Positions 10,750 through 20,683 of a DNA stretch of 64,000 bases are shown piece by piece; the first letter of the stretch is position 1; every line of letters begins with the position of its first letter. The notes under the pieces are model-generated. The model was not told where the DNA came from. It ran no database searches and worked only from the letters and a program-made list of their open reading frames with translations. This DNA is from Candidatus Latescibacterota bacterium (GTDB lineage: Bacteria; Latescibacterota; UBA2968): contig OZ240241.1 in assembly GCA_965198115.1 (NCBI GenBank), positions 3,616,001 through 3,680,000 of the forward strand. Direction: 5' to 3'. The position numbers and the translations under genes were made by a program.

Positions 10750-12123
10750 GAGTTCAGGTCAATAGGTGTGTAAAAGAAATCAGGCGGCCATCTTCCCGGC
10801 TTCGACCTGCGGTCCGGTTGAGTGTTTCTGATCGTAGACTTGTTGTAGCAAGTGTGGCGCGGTGAGTTTCCTGAATCGGCTCTCTGCGACCTTGAGCGTA
10901 CGCCAGATGAGAGTCGTGGCGTTCCTGACTTTCTTGAATCGCCTGGCGGCGTTTGTGCGAAGCCGAACGGAAGCAAAGGGGCTCTCGACGACGTTCGTGG
11001 TTCTCAGGTGTTTCCAGTGTTCCTTCGGGAAGTCGTAGAACGTGACCATCCGATCCCAGTCTCTTTCGAGCGTCTCCACGGCGGCAGGGAACTGTGAGCG
11101 ATACCGTGCGGCAAAGCGTTTCCGGAGCTTCTCGGCCTCCTTTTTCGTGCCGGCATAGGGGATCTGGACGAGCAGTGCGCGGGCTTCAGCCTGTGCACGC
11201 TTGGCGACCTTGTCGAGCACGTTGAGGATCTTGTGGTTCCAGCACCGTTGTTGCCGGCTCTCTGGCCAGACCTGATCAACGGCCGCCCAGATGCCCATAT
11301 TCCCGTCCGCGGCGATCAGGACAGGATGTTCGAGCCCGCGATCCCGGAGATCCCGGAGCACCGTGAGCCAGGATTCTGTAGACTCTCGATAACCGGGTTC
11401 TATCGCCAGGATCTCCTTGCTGCCGTCGCTCATCGCGCCGATCACGACCAGCAGACACGCCTTCTCGCGCTCGAGCCCGGCTTTGACGTAGATGCCATCA
11501 GCCCAGGCGTAGACCAGTTCGCGATTATCCAGACGCCTTTCTTTCCAGTCCTGGAAGTCGACCTCCCACTTCCCTCGAAGACGAGCGATCGAGGTCGGCG
11601 AAAGCGGCGCGCCATCACCGAGCAGCGCACGCAAAGACAACTCGAAGTCGCCCTGGGAGAGACCGTGGAGATAAAGGTCGGGAAGCAGATCTCCAATGGC
11701 CCTGGTTCTCCGGGCGAACAGGGGGAGGATGCGGCTTTCAAACCGCTCTTCCAGACCACGAACCCGGGGACGCCGGACCTTGATCGTTCCGCAGCTCGTC
11801 GAGAGACGCCGGGGCTTGCCGTAGCCGTTCCTGTAGCCCCTGGAGCTATCGACCTCGGCTCGGCGCTCATACCACGACCGGCCCAAGAACGCGGTCGCCT
11901 CCTCCTCCAGAATGGACTGGAACCGGCCCTGGATCTCTTCACGGATCCAATCGTCAACCGTCTCCCACGTCGGCATGGACTTCAATGGGGCTCTATGCGT
12001 ATGTTCCTTCACGGCGATCCTCCTTCCCAACCGGGCCTCTCACCCGGTTTTGTGTGAATCAACTATCTCACGGGAAGGGTAGGGTCGCCCTTTCTCTTTT
12101 TCCACACCTTTTGATTATAGCTC
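10750..12123 (-). mobile_element. IS256-family insertion sequence
   Basis: Imperfect IRs GAGTTCAGGTCAATAGGTGTGTA / GAGCTATAATCAAAAGGTGTGGA; 8-bp target duplication ACATCAGG at 10742-10749 and 12124-12131. Confidence 0.93.
10780..12030 (-). CDS. IS256 (mutator-type) transposase
   Basis: YRNGY, WADG, IAADG, QRCWNHK and RTTNVVES motifs; intact frame. Confidence 0.95.
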   Translation of the reverse strand: MGRRIAVKEHTHRAPLKSMPTWETVDDWIREEIQGRFQSILEEEATAFLGRSWYERRAEVDSSRGYRNGYGKPRRLSTSCGTIKVRRPRVRGLEERFESRILPLFARRTRAIGDLLPDLYLHGLSQGDFELSLRALLGDGAPLSPTSIARLRGKWEVDFQDWKERRLDNRELVYAWADGIYVKAGLEREKACLLVVIGAMSDGSKEILAIEPGYRESTESWLTVLRDLRDRGLEHPVLIAADGNMGIWAAVDQVWPESRQQRCWNHKILNVLDKVAKRAQAEARALLVQIPYAGTKKEAEKLRKRFAARYRSQFPAAVETLERDWDRMVTFYDFPKEHWKHLRTTNVVESPFASVRLRTNAARRFKKVRNATTLIWRTLKVAESRFRKLTAPHLLQQVYDQKHSTGPQVEAGKMAA

Positions 12124-13046
12124 ACATCAGGACGCGCATCATACATCGACTGCGTAATGTCCATCGGATTGTGCGGTCCCGTGAAGTTGATCACGAGATG
12201 CCACGGCTGCCCTCGAGGCACCTGGTCCAGCAACTTGAGCCCATTTTCGGCGATCCAATTGTCGCAATAGGCGTCATCGGGAAATTTGGTCGGATGCGTG
12301 TCGTGAAATCCGTGACGGTTATCTCGATCGAAATCGTCCAGATGAACCTGCGCCAATCCCCGCTCGTAGAGATACGCCAGATAGGGACCGTGTGGCTCCG
12401 TCTTCCCACTCTTTGTCCCGTCGTACTTACCCTCATTGTCGATCCCGTTGCTGAATCCCCACTCACCGATCAGCCGCTTCCCATCCAACCCCCATTCCGG
12501 CGTGTTCTTGCTTAAATCGAACTTCCCCACACCCATCACGTGGTATCCTGCATCACGCAACCGCTGGTAATAGGTCAGCTGATCCAACGGATAGTCATAC
12601 CCGTTCCCTGGAACCCGACATCGATGGTATCGCCTCCCCGAAGCCAGACACGCCCGCGCCGGCGCACACACGGGCGAAGGCGTGATCGCATTCGTAAACC
12701 GAACACCCCGAGCCCCCAACGCGTCAATATTCGGCGTCCGTACCGGCACCTCCGGATTCGTCCCCAGAAAATCGTGCCGATGCTGATCGGAAAAAAAGAA
12801 GAGAATGTTAGGTTTCATCGCTTTCACTAAATCGATGTCAGTTCGGGCGTCAAGAACACGACTTTGGCCGTCTAAAAGGGACTTCTCGACTTCGCTCGAA
12901 GTGACCCTGTTTAGGCTTCCGGAACGGAGTTCCTCTCACCCCACTGGTAGTTCCGTTCGTGTTTTTCGTGTATTTCGTGGTTCTGGTTTCCTTCCGTGTA
13001 TTCCGTGTATGGAGTTTATCCCGAGCGGAGTCGAGGGGTGGTCCGG

Positions 13047-14489
13047 CTAGTCTTTTACAATGTCAGGCCCATATGGCGCCAGCCGGAGCACCGGGTAATG
13101 CGAATTCCACATCGCCGCATCCTCTGTATCCCTTATTACCGACCAGCAATGATGCATCAACGACCGCACGACATCTTCGTGACTGGGATCGTCAATGAGA
13201 TTTGTCATTTCGTAGGGATCGTCGTCGAGGTTGTAGAGCTCGTCGAAGTCGAACCCATTCAGACAAAGCTTCCACGGTTCGTCCCACACGACCCGCTGCG
13301 TCAACCGGTAGCGCCCACCGTGGTATTCCGCAAAACCTCTCGTGAAAGTGCCCACGCTCCCCTTCGTGTCCTTCAGCGTCGCCGCGAAAGATCTTGAATC
13401 CGGCGACCCGATCGTATTCTCGCCCGCCAGCTCGAGTAGCGTCGGCGCCAGATCGTGAAGGCTCACGCGGGCTTCGCTCGTCACATCCGTGGCGATGTCC
13501 GGACCACTTACGACCATCGGGATCTGATAGACCTCTTCGAACCCGCCAATGTTCTTGCAGTACAGTCCGTGTGAGCCGAGCAACTCCCCGTGATCGCTCG
13601 TCAACACAATGATTGTGTTGTCCCTCTGACCCGATTCATCCAGAAAATCGATCAGACGGCCGTACTGTTCGTCGATCTCGGAAATCGACGCATAGTAACA
13701 GGCAGCGGCCTCCCGCTTCTGTCGATCGGTCATATCCAGCCACGTCTCACCCGCCTTCCGATACAGATTCGGCTGCCCGATCAGATCATTATCCACATTC
13801 GGCTGGAGAGGAATGTCATCCACGGTGTACTTCGCAAACGCATCCTCTCCTGTCACGAATGGATCGTGCGGCTCTGTGATGCTCACGAAGCAGCACCAGG
13901 GATCGGCCCCATCGGAGTTCTCTCTCAGGAAATCCAGACCCAGCTCGGTCACGATGCCCACACCACGTCTTTCCGGCGGAACATCCGTCACGCCATACAA
14001 CAGTGATTGTCTGTACCCCGGCGGCAAGTTATTAGTCTTCTTCAGAGAAAAGGATCCATCGCTCTTTCCACCACCACCCTTTTCCGCAGACGCTTTCTTA
14101 TAAGGTTCGCCCGAGTTGACGCCATTAACCTGCCACCCGAACCGCGTCAGGTCGTCCGTCCGCTCGACGTGCCACTTTCCGAAGTAGCCGGTCCGATAGC
14201 CTGCCGCTTCCAACCTCTGGGCCCAGTGGGGCAACTCCGTCCGCAGGTTGCACTGGTCGTCATCCACACAATGGATAACCTCCAGCACCCCGTTCGTATG
14301 GGGCAGTGTTCCTGTCATCAGACTGGCTCTCGCCGGCGAACAGACCGCATTCGGCGTGTACGCACGTGGAAAACGCACACCCTTCTTCGCAAGCGCGTCA
14401 AAGTTCGGAGTACGGCAAGGATGGTCCGACTCCAGGACACGCCCTTGCATCTGATCCGTCATTAGAAATAGGATGTTTGGTCTACTCAT
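13047..14489 (-). CDS. sulfatase (formylglycine-dependent)
   Basis: RPNILFLMTDQ, CSPARASLMTG, GKWH, SDHGE and ELYNLDDDPYEMTN motifs. Confidence 0.93.
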   Translation of the reverse strand: MSRPNILFLMTDQMQGRVLESDHPCRTPNFDALAKKGVRFPRAYTPNAVCSPARASLMTGTLPHTNGVLEVIHCVDDDQCNLRTELPHWAQRLEAAGYRTGYFGKWHVERTDDLTRFGWQVNGVNSGEPYKKASAEKGGGGKSDGSFSLKKTNNLPPGYRQSLLYGVTDVPPERRGVGIVTELGLDFLRENSDGADPWCCFVSITEPHDPFVTGEDAFAKYTVDDIPLQPNVDNDLIGQPNLYRKAGETWLDMTDRQKREAAACYYASISEIDEQYGRLIDFLDESGQRDNTIIVLTSDHGELLGSHGLYCKNIGGFEEVYQIPMVVSGPDIATDVTSEARVSLHDLAPTLLELAGENTIGSPDSRSFAATLKDTKGSVGTFTRGFAEYHGGRYRLTQRVVWDEPWKLCLNGFDFDELYNLDDDPYEMTNLIDDPSHEDVVRSLMHHCWSVIRDTEDAAMWNSHYPVLRLAPYGPDIVKD

Positions 14490-14610
14490 ATATTCCACCA
14501 ACGCTACAGCCTCGTCATCCCGGGTGAGGCGACCCGTCCTCGATGGGCTAACGCCCGAGACAAGCCTGCCTCGAACGGCGTGAGGGGCCCATTCCTCTTC
14601 TCCAAACAAA

Positions 14611-14643
14611 ACTGGATCCCGGCCAGAAACTTGCCGGGATGAC
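14611..14643. repeat. REP-like palindrome
   Basis: ACTGGATCCCGGCCAGAAACTTGCCGGGATGAC hairpin between genes. Confidence 0.6.
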
Positions 14644-14681
14644 AGTCTAGTAGGCGCGGCCCCAATCCCCAAATCCACGGC

Positions 14682-15643
14682 CTATCGTCCAACGTCCCCC
14701 GGGCGTCTGCCCTCCGTGATCTCCGTGTTCTCCGTGGTAAGTCTTCGGTTTTCTCTGACCAGCCACAGCCTCACGTAATGCCGTCTCTTCTCCGACTCCG
14801 GATGATCCTCGAAAGCCGTTCGATTGTGAAGAATCCAATGATTGTTCGTGAACAGCATCTGCCCGGGTTCGAGCGAGAACGTCACGTGCAAATCGCTGCG
14901 GCCAAGGGTTTGATCGATGGCATCGAGAAGCGCACACTGCTGTTCCGTCGGCGGCTCGCCTGACACATCGTGACCGACGCGGATGTAGTAATCCAGATAC
15001 CTGGTATCGAGTTCCTGACCATCCCACCGAAAAATCGGTGCGACCATCACGTTCGGTTCACCAGGACGAAACTGTCCGCGACGGTCGAAGTGAAAGCAAT
15101 CGTAGCCCGCTGGAAGGCAATCGAACGCCCCCGTCCGGAGAGCATTGTGAAGACCATACGCGGAAACGAGCTGACTCTCCCCGCCACGTTCCGCGGTCGC
15201 CAGACAGAGGAGCCCCACATACTCGGGAGGCGTATCGGCGAAAGCGGCATCGGTGTGAAAGCTGCTCTCCGCGTTCGTCACAGAAAACCGTGCGCCTTCC
15301 GCCACATCTGCCCCTTCACGTCATACAGCAATGTCCCCTCGACGTTCTGCTCGATCGGCGTCCCAAGCGATTGACCGATCCGCCAGTAGACGCGCCGAGC
15401 CGATTCAACCGGCACCCGATCGATCAGGATGAACCCGCGCCCCTCGTCGAGCTCCCGAATCATCGGCTCAAAGACGGGCCGCCAATCGTCCAGCAATGCC
15501 GGATCTGCGTTCAATTCCTTCCCACCACCCTCCGCGTATGCATCGACCAAGCCATTCGGTAGCGCGTGGACCCAGTTCTCCGGCGCATCGATCGTTCTTG
15601 CGGTCCAGCCACTAGGCGCCGGTATGTGTTCATTCAATTGCAT
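14682..15643 (-). CDS. TauD/TfdA-family Fe(II)/2-oxoglutarate dioxygenase (frameshift near 15310)
   Basis: FHTDAA (HxD), GLLCL, GGES, NNHWILHNRTAF and RHYVRLW motifs. N-terminus in ORF 15278..15865 from MQLNEH. Confidence 0.85.
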
Positions 15644-15651
15644 TGTTTTGA

Positions 15652-15816
15652 GCGCTGAAGGCGCGTCATATCCTAGCCCAGGGCAACGCCCTGGGTAACG
15701 TAAAACCACGTCACACGTGCGGGCTATAGGCCCGCGACGCGTTTTTGCGGGGCTATCGCGGACCGTTGGCCCGCAGAAAGCATTGCGCCAAGAGAACCCA
15801 GCCCTTCGGGCTGGGC
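15652..15816. repeat. REP/BIME-like cluster of short palindromes (continues at 18411-18434)
   Basis: GCGCTGAAGGCGC, CCCAGGGCAACGCCCTGGG, GGGCTATAGGCCC, CCCAGCCCTTCGGGCTGGG, then GGGCCGTTGGCCC after the IS630. Confidence 0.7.
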
Positions 15817-15854
15817 TAAGTACTCCTGTTCGCAAATACGGTGACGTATTCTTA

Positions 15855-17145
15855 GGGTTTGCCACGAAATAAGTGCTGCACTTTTCAAGGTAATGATCTT
15901 ACGCTCGGAGTGTGGACGTCGAAACTCTCCGAACGAAGTATGAAGCCTTGGCTCCGGTGCTGACGGAACGCACGCGTCGTCTGTGGGCCGCCACGGAAGC
16001 CGAAGCGTTGGGTCACGGTGGGATCGCGATTGTGGCTCTGGCGACAGGAATGTCCAGAGAGCGGATCTTTCGTGGCATTCAGGAGTTGAGGTCGGACGAA
16101 CCTTTGGACCCGGCTCGCATCCGGCGTCCAGGCGGCGGTCGTAAGCGGAAGGCCGACACGGACCCGACGCTGTGGCAGGACCTGAATGATCTGGTCGAGC
16201 CAACGACTGCGGGGTCGCCTGACGACAATCCTCTGAGATGGACATCGAAGAGCACTCGCAAACTGGCCGCCGAGTTGCAAGCGATGGGGCATTCGGTGAG
16301 CCCCAGGATCGTTGCCAATCTCCTGCACGAACACGATTACACGCTGCAGGCGAATCGGAAGACAAGGGAGGGATCTGCACACCCGGATCGGGACGCTCAG
16401 TTCGTTTACCTCGATGATCGGATTAGCCAGCAGCAGCAGCAGGGCCTTCCCGTTATCTCGGTGGACACCAAGAAGAAAGAGTTGATCGGCGACTTCAAGA
16501 ATCCTGGCCGAGAATGGCGACCCAAGGGAGACCCGGAGCGTGTGAAGGTACACGATTTCATAGTGCCTGCTCAGGGCAAGGCGATCCCTTATGGAGTGTA
16601 TGATCTGAGCCGTGATGAAGGCTGGGTAAGTGTCGGTATCGATCACGACACGGCCAGCTTCGCCGTGAATGCGATCCGAAGTTGGTGGAAGAACATGGGA
16701 CGGCCCGCCTACGGCACTTCGACGCATCTGCTAATCACGGCGGACGCAGGCGGCAGCAACGGCGCCAAGACGCGGCTGTGGAAGTGGGAGCTGCAGCGCT
16801 TTGCGAATCGCACTGGCCTGACGATCACCGTATGCCACTACCCTCCTGGCACTAGTAAGTGGAACAAGATCGAACATCGCCTGTTCTCCTTCATCGCTAT
16901 GAACTGGCGAGGCAAGCCCCTGGTCAGCCTGGCTGCAACCGTGAATCTCATTGCCGGAACGACCACTCAAGCCGGTCTCCGAGTACGCTCCGAGATCGAC
17001 AAGCGACCCTACCCTAACGGGGTCAAGGTGACCGATGAACAGATGACCCAAATCGATCTCACTCCGCACGATTTCCACGGCGACTGGAACTACACGATCC
17101 GGCCAATGGCTCAACATTGAGATCGACCTTATTTATTCCGAACCC
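15855..17145 (+). mobile_element. ISAzo13-family insertion sequence
   Basis: Ends GGGTTTGCCACGAAATAAG / GGGTTCGGAATAAATAAG, each flanked by TTA. Confidence 0.88.
15912..17120 (+). CDS. ISAzo13 transposase
   Basis: LRWTSKS, HPDRDAQF, ISVDTKKKE, TADAGGSN, GTSKWNKIEHRLF and FHGDWNY motifs; intact frame. Confidence 0.95.
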   Translation: MDVETLRTKYEALAPVLTERTRRLWAATEAEALGHGGIAIVALATGMSRERIFRGIQELRSDEPLDPARIRRPGGGRKRKADTDPTLWQDLNDLVEPTTAGSPDDNPLRWTSKSTRKLAAELQAMGHSVSPRIVANLLHEHDYTLQANRKTREGSAHPDRDAQFVYLDDRISQQQQQGLPVISVDTKKKELIGDFKNPGREWRPKGDPERVKVHDFIVPAQGKAIPYGVYDLSRDEGWVSVGIDHDTASFAVNAIRSWWKNMGRPAYGTSTHLLITADAGGSNGAKTRLWKWELQRFANRTGLTITVCHYPPGTSKWNKIEHRLFSFIAMNWRGKPLVSLAATVNLIAGTTTQAGLRVRSEIDKRPYPNGVKVTDEQMTQIDLTPHDFHGDWNYTIRPMAQH

Positions 17146-17179
17146 TTAGTACTCCTGTTCGCAAATACGGTGACGTATT

Positions 17180-18330
17180 CTAAGCAGACTTTGCCAAGGG
17201 CGTATCGTAGAACCTGAGTTTGTCGATCATCTCCGCGAGATCTGTTCGTGTGAACTTCCATTTGAAGGGTGTGGCGATACGTCCGTAGCGTTCCTGAAAA
17301 CCGAGGATTCTTGCCTCAAGCTCTTCGAGCGATGCAAATTCGATAGGTGTCAGAGCCTTGCGTTTGAGGATCGAGAAGTAGATCTCGATCTGATTGAGCC
17401 AGCTTGCGTGGATCGGAAGGTGAACGGGGTGGATGTTTGGCCACTTCCCCTGGATACGGTCGATGCATGTTTGCCCTCGGTGCGAGGAGCCATTATCCAC
17501 GATGAGGTAGACTTTCTTTGCCGAGCAATAGGGTTTCCGGCTCATGATCAGGCTCAGGAGCCGGTTGAAGGGCTCGATACCCGAAGAAGACTCACAGAGA
17601 CCGAAGATTCGACCATTGTGCACGTCGAGAGCAGCCAGATAGGCCAGGGCTCCTTTCCGCTCGTATTCGTGTTTCAACGCGTGCCGCTCTGTTCGAGGCT
17701 GGCGGTAGGGTAACGTGCTTGCGAGCTCGTGCTTGAATACTGGTCTTTTCGTCGGCAGAAAGTACATATTCCCTCGGCCCTAAAGGCTTTCCTTGCCATT
17801 GGCGGTGATACAGATCAAGGACTCTACCTGCTTTGGTTTGGAAGTCCGGGTCCCGTGGGAAAATCCAGGAGCGATGATACCAAGGACGAATCGCGTCCTC
17901 GTTCAACCAGCGCCAGACAGTGGCGCCGCTGATCTTGGCAACGAAGCCCCTTTGCACTGCCTCGGCGGCAATCTCGGAACAGCTGAACCGCGAGAGCGGT
18001 ATCCCGCTCTCGCTCGGTAGTTCACACGCCAGCGCCTTGATCTGAACGACCACCTGAGGGGGGAAAACCGGGCGGGCGCCCGGGACGAGATCTATCTTCG
18101 AGTCCCGAAAGACGCTCTTCGAAAAAGCGCTTACGCCATTTGCTTACGATCGGACGCGGAACATCCAACCGTTGGGCGATAATCTTGTTGGATAATCCCT
18201 CGGCGGCGAGAAGCACGATTTTCGATCGGATCACTTGATAATACGATAACGTATATTGTCCAGCCATTCGCTCGAGGTCGACCCGTTCCTTCTCAGACAG
18301 TAGCACCACATAAGGCGAACGTCTTGGCAT
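17180..18330 (-). CDS. IS630 transposase (HTH ORF plus DDE ORF, two frameshifts)
   Basis: HTH (VSKWRKRF..RPGRP), SADEKT, HEYERKG, DNGSSH and HASWLNQIEIYF motifs spread over three frames. Confidence 0.88.
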
Positions 18331-18580
18331 TGTTCTCCTCCTTTTGAAGGAGAACATAAGCTACAAATAATGTTCAGGACATACGTAATAATGTTTATGA
18401 AACCATGCACTAAGGAATAACGGGCCGTTGGCCCGTTCGACAGAAGATCTCCACCAGTGAAGCCTCAGACTGGGCTCCCCCATTGGGGATATCAGGGATA
18501 CAGCGTCAAATGGGGATCTACGACAGTCCCAATTTCTCAATTCCCTAATTTCCTAATACGCCAATGAGCGCACCCACGCT

Positions 18581-20434
18581 CTACCGTAGCGCGCTATAAA
18601 CCGGTCCTCGATTCCGCCACTCGATCGGCATCCCCTCGCACAGGTCGATGAGCTGAGGAACGTCCACCACTTTCAACAGGCCGAAACAAAACAGCGGCAC
18701 GGCATCCATATAGGCCACCGGCATCTCGATCAATCTCTTTAGCGATTCCGCGAGTCCATCGACATACAACGACGAAAACTGTCGTGGCCTCAGAGCAGCT
18801 GCAGTCAGTGCCGCGAAACTCGTTACCTGACCCGTCGCGTGGAGATCCACGCCCTTTCCCGCCCAGTCTGACACATCCAGAATCTGACCTACGAGCACGC
18901 CAAGAGGACGCTCACCAGCTATGCTTAGCGACATATCGAGCCTACCGGGATAGTTATTCTCTCCGGTCCCATAGACATCCGCCGCAATCACCGTTCTACC
19001 CTCGCCGACGAGTTGACTTACGCGCTGAATCGAACCACGGCGGCCGCCATCGTCGATCACCAGCGACGGTCGACCTCTGCCCTTGAAGCGCGTAGCTGGA
19101 ACAGTCCAGTCCGATCCCAGGCGAATTCGCAAGTGTTCGGCGTGAGATGACCGTGCCACGCGCTCAACGCGCACGCGATTCCGTCGAAGCACGATCGTTT
19201 CTGTGACTTGCTTCCGGGCTTTCCCGATGGCGCTCTTCGAGCGAATGGCCCTGTGCGCGATCTTGTCGGCGGTCTTTTGTGCCAGCGACAGCATTGTCTC
19301 GCTGGTCGTCGGAAGGCCGATATTCAGGTCCCGTTCGCTCAGAAGCTCATCCCCGAACGGAAGATCCTGTTCCGGCGTATCCAGCCCGAAATGCGTGTTC
19401 AGAAACCTGTACAGCTGGCTGCGATTATCCGCCTCGTAGTTGTGTGTTCCCGGATCCCAGTTCTCGTAGAAAACCAGCCGGTCACCCACGCCGAGGTTCT
19501 CGTAGACCGGTTTGACCGGTTTGTAGACACTCCTGCGGGTTCGCCGGGACCGGAAGCAGCAATCGTCGCGAAGGTTGTAGATGAGAAGCGTCGGCCGAGG
19601 AGCGAAAAGAGCCGTCATCAGATCGTAATCCGCGACCGTACACAGATCGACAGGCATCTGCTCGAGGTCTCCGATGTCCGCCGAACAGCTGACACGCTGC
19701 CAAGCGGGAGAATGTCCGGCCACCGGAACGATCGTCGTAATCCGCTCATCGGTCGACGCTAGCACGGCGGTCTGCCATCCCCCACCGGACAGACCCGTCA
19801 TCGCGACTCGATTCGGATCGCAGTGTCGATGCGCGATGAGCAGATCGAGGGCCCTGCTCATCGCCAGGTAGAAGACGGAAACACCAGCCGCGCCGCAAAG
19901 GTCCATATGCCCGACGCGGTAATGATCCCGGTTCATCGAAAGCTCGCCCATCCCGATGAATTCCGTATTCAGCGCCAGCATTCCGCGCTTCGCGAGGTTG
20001 ATACACCGTGCCTGCTTGTAGTCCATCGCCTTACCGCCGATGTGGTGACCGTTCGGATTCAGTACCGCCGGCACCTTTCCCCGCAGGTTCGTCGGCTCAT
20101 AGAGCAGGGCCGGTATCCACATTCCCGGATACCCCTCAAACCGAACCTTCCGGATCCGATACCCACGCCCTGTTTCGATCACGTCTCCCCACACCACCTT
20201 CGGCTTCAGACGCGTCAATCCAATCGGCAGCCCCTTGAAATAGACCTCACGCAGAAGCCTTTTTCTCAACACCTTCGCTCGATCCGCCCATCCCCGGCTT
20301 GTCTTGGGTGCGTGCCACCGTTTAAGCTTCGACAGGATATAGGCATTCAACTCACATCGCTTCGGATCCTCGTGATTCCTCCGACCCAACAGCGATCGAT
20401 TCAATGCCACTGTAATCTGTCTCTCCGTCGCCAT
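18581..20434 (-). CDS. alpha/beta-hydrolase, acetylxylan esterase-like
   Basis: PAVLNPNGHH, TGLSGGG nucleophile elbow, APRP, DDCCF and THNY motifs. Confidence 0.8.
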   Translation of the reverse strand: MATERQITVALNRSLLGRRNHEDPKRCELNAYILSKLKRWHAPKTSRGWADRAKVLRKRLLREVYFKGLPIGLTRLKPKVVWGDVIETGRGYRIRKVRFEGYPGMWIPALLYEPTNLRGKVPAVLNPNGHHIGGKAMDYKQARCINLAKRGMLALNTEFIGMGELSMNRDHYRVGHMDLCGAAGVSVFYLAMSRALDLLIAHRHCDPNRVAMTGLSGGGWQTAVLASTDERITTIVPVAGHSPAWQRVSCSADIGDLEQMPVDLCTVADYDLMTALFAPRPTLLIYNLRDDCCFRSRRTRRSVYKPVKPVYENLGVGDRLVFYENWDPGTHNYEADNRSQLYRFLNTHFGLDTPEQDLPFGDELLSERDLNIGLPTTSETMLSLAQKTADKIAHRAIRSKSAIGKARKQVTETIVLRRNRVRVERVARSSHAEHLRIRLGSDWTVPATRFKGRGRPSLVIDDGGRRGSIQRVSQLVGEGRTVIAADVYGTGENNYPGRLDMSLSIAGERPLGVLVGQILDVSDWAGKGVDLHATGQVTSFAALTAAALRPRQFSSLYVDGLAESLKRLIEMPVAYMDAVPLFCFGLLKVVDVPQLIDLCEGMPIEWRNRGPVYSALR

Positions 20435-20683
20435 CGCTGGATTCCCTTCGATAGGTTTGCCGCATGATCATCGCAGGCTGAAGATCTGATCACCCTAACG
20501 CGGCGCCTCACGGCAACTTCTGTCAAATGGTCACTGCAACAGGTTCTTGGTGCCCGGAGGTACATCCTGAGCGGAGTCGAAGGGCCAGTCCCACCGGTTG
20601 CGTCTAACCATCGCCACGCCTGCTCCCCTGCCTGTCCTGAGTAGCCTGCGCAGCAGGCGTATCGAAGGGCTCGCCTGCTCATT

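Larger units (their letters stand above)
10130..12818 (-). pseudogene. sulfatase interrupted by IS256 (additional frameshift near 10430)
   Basis: KPNILFFFSDQH, CAPARA (CxPxR), GKFD, SDHGEMLGDH and LFDLEVDPGE motifs. Halves rejoin as DARPDV|MYPAPV after IS removal. Confidence 0.88.
15820..18410 (-). mobile_element. IS630-family element carrying a nested ISAzo13
   Basis: Imperfect IRs GTACTCCTGTTCGCAAATACGGTGACGTAT / GTGCATGGTTTCATAAACATTATTACGTAT. Both flanks read CTAAG (TA or TAA duplication at 15817-15819 and 18411-18413). Confidence 0.82.

Noticed and set aside
15819-17181. 34-bp direct repeat as a CRISPR repeat
   Set aside because: Only two copies 1.3 kb apart flanking a transposase; it is the IS630 end, and there are no cas genes.
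18528-18562. Short degenerate 7-8 nt tandem repeats (also near 27900 and 31935)
   Set aside because: Three or four poorly conserved units in spacers; too little evidence for a function.
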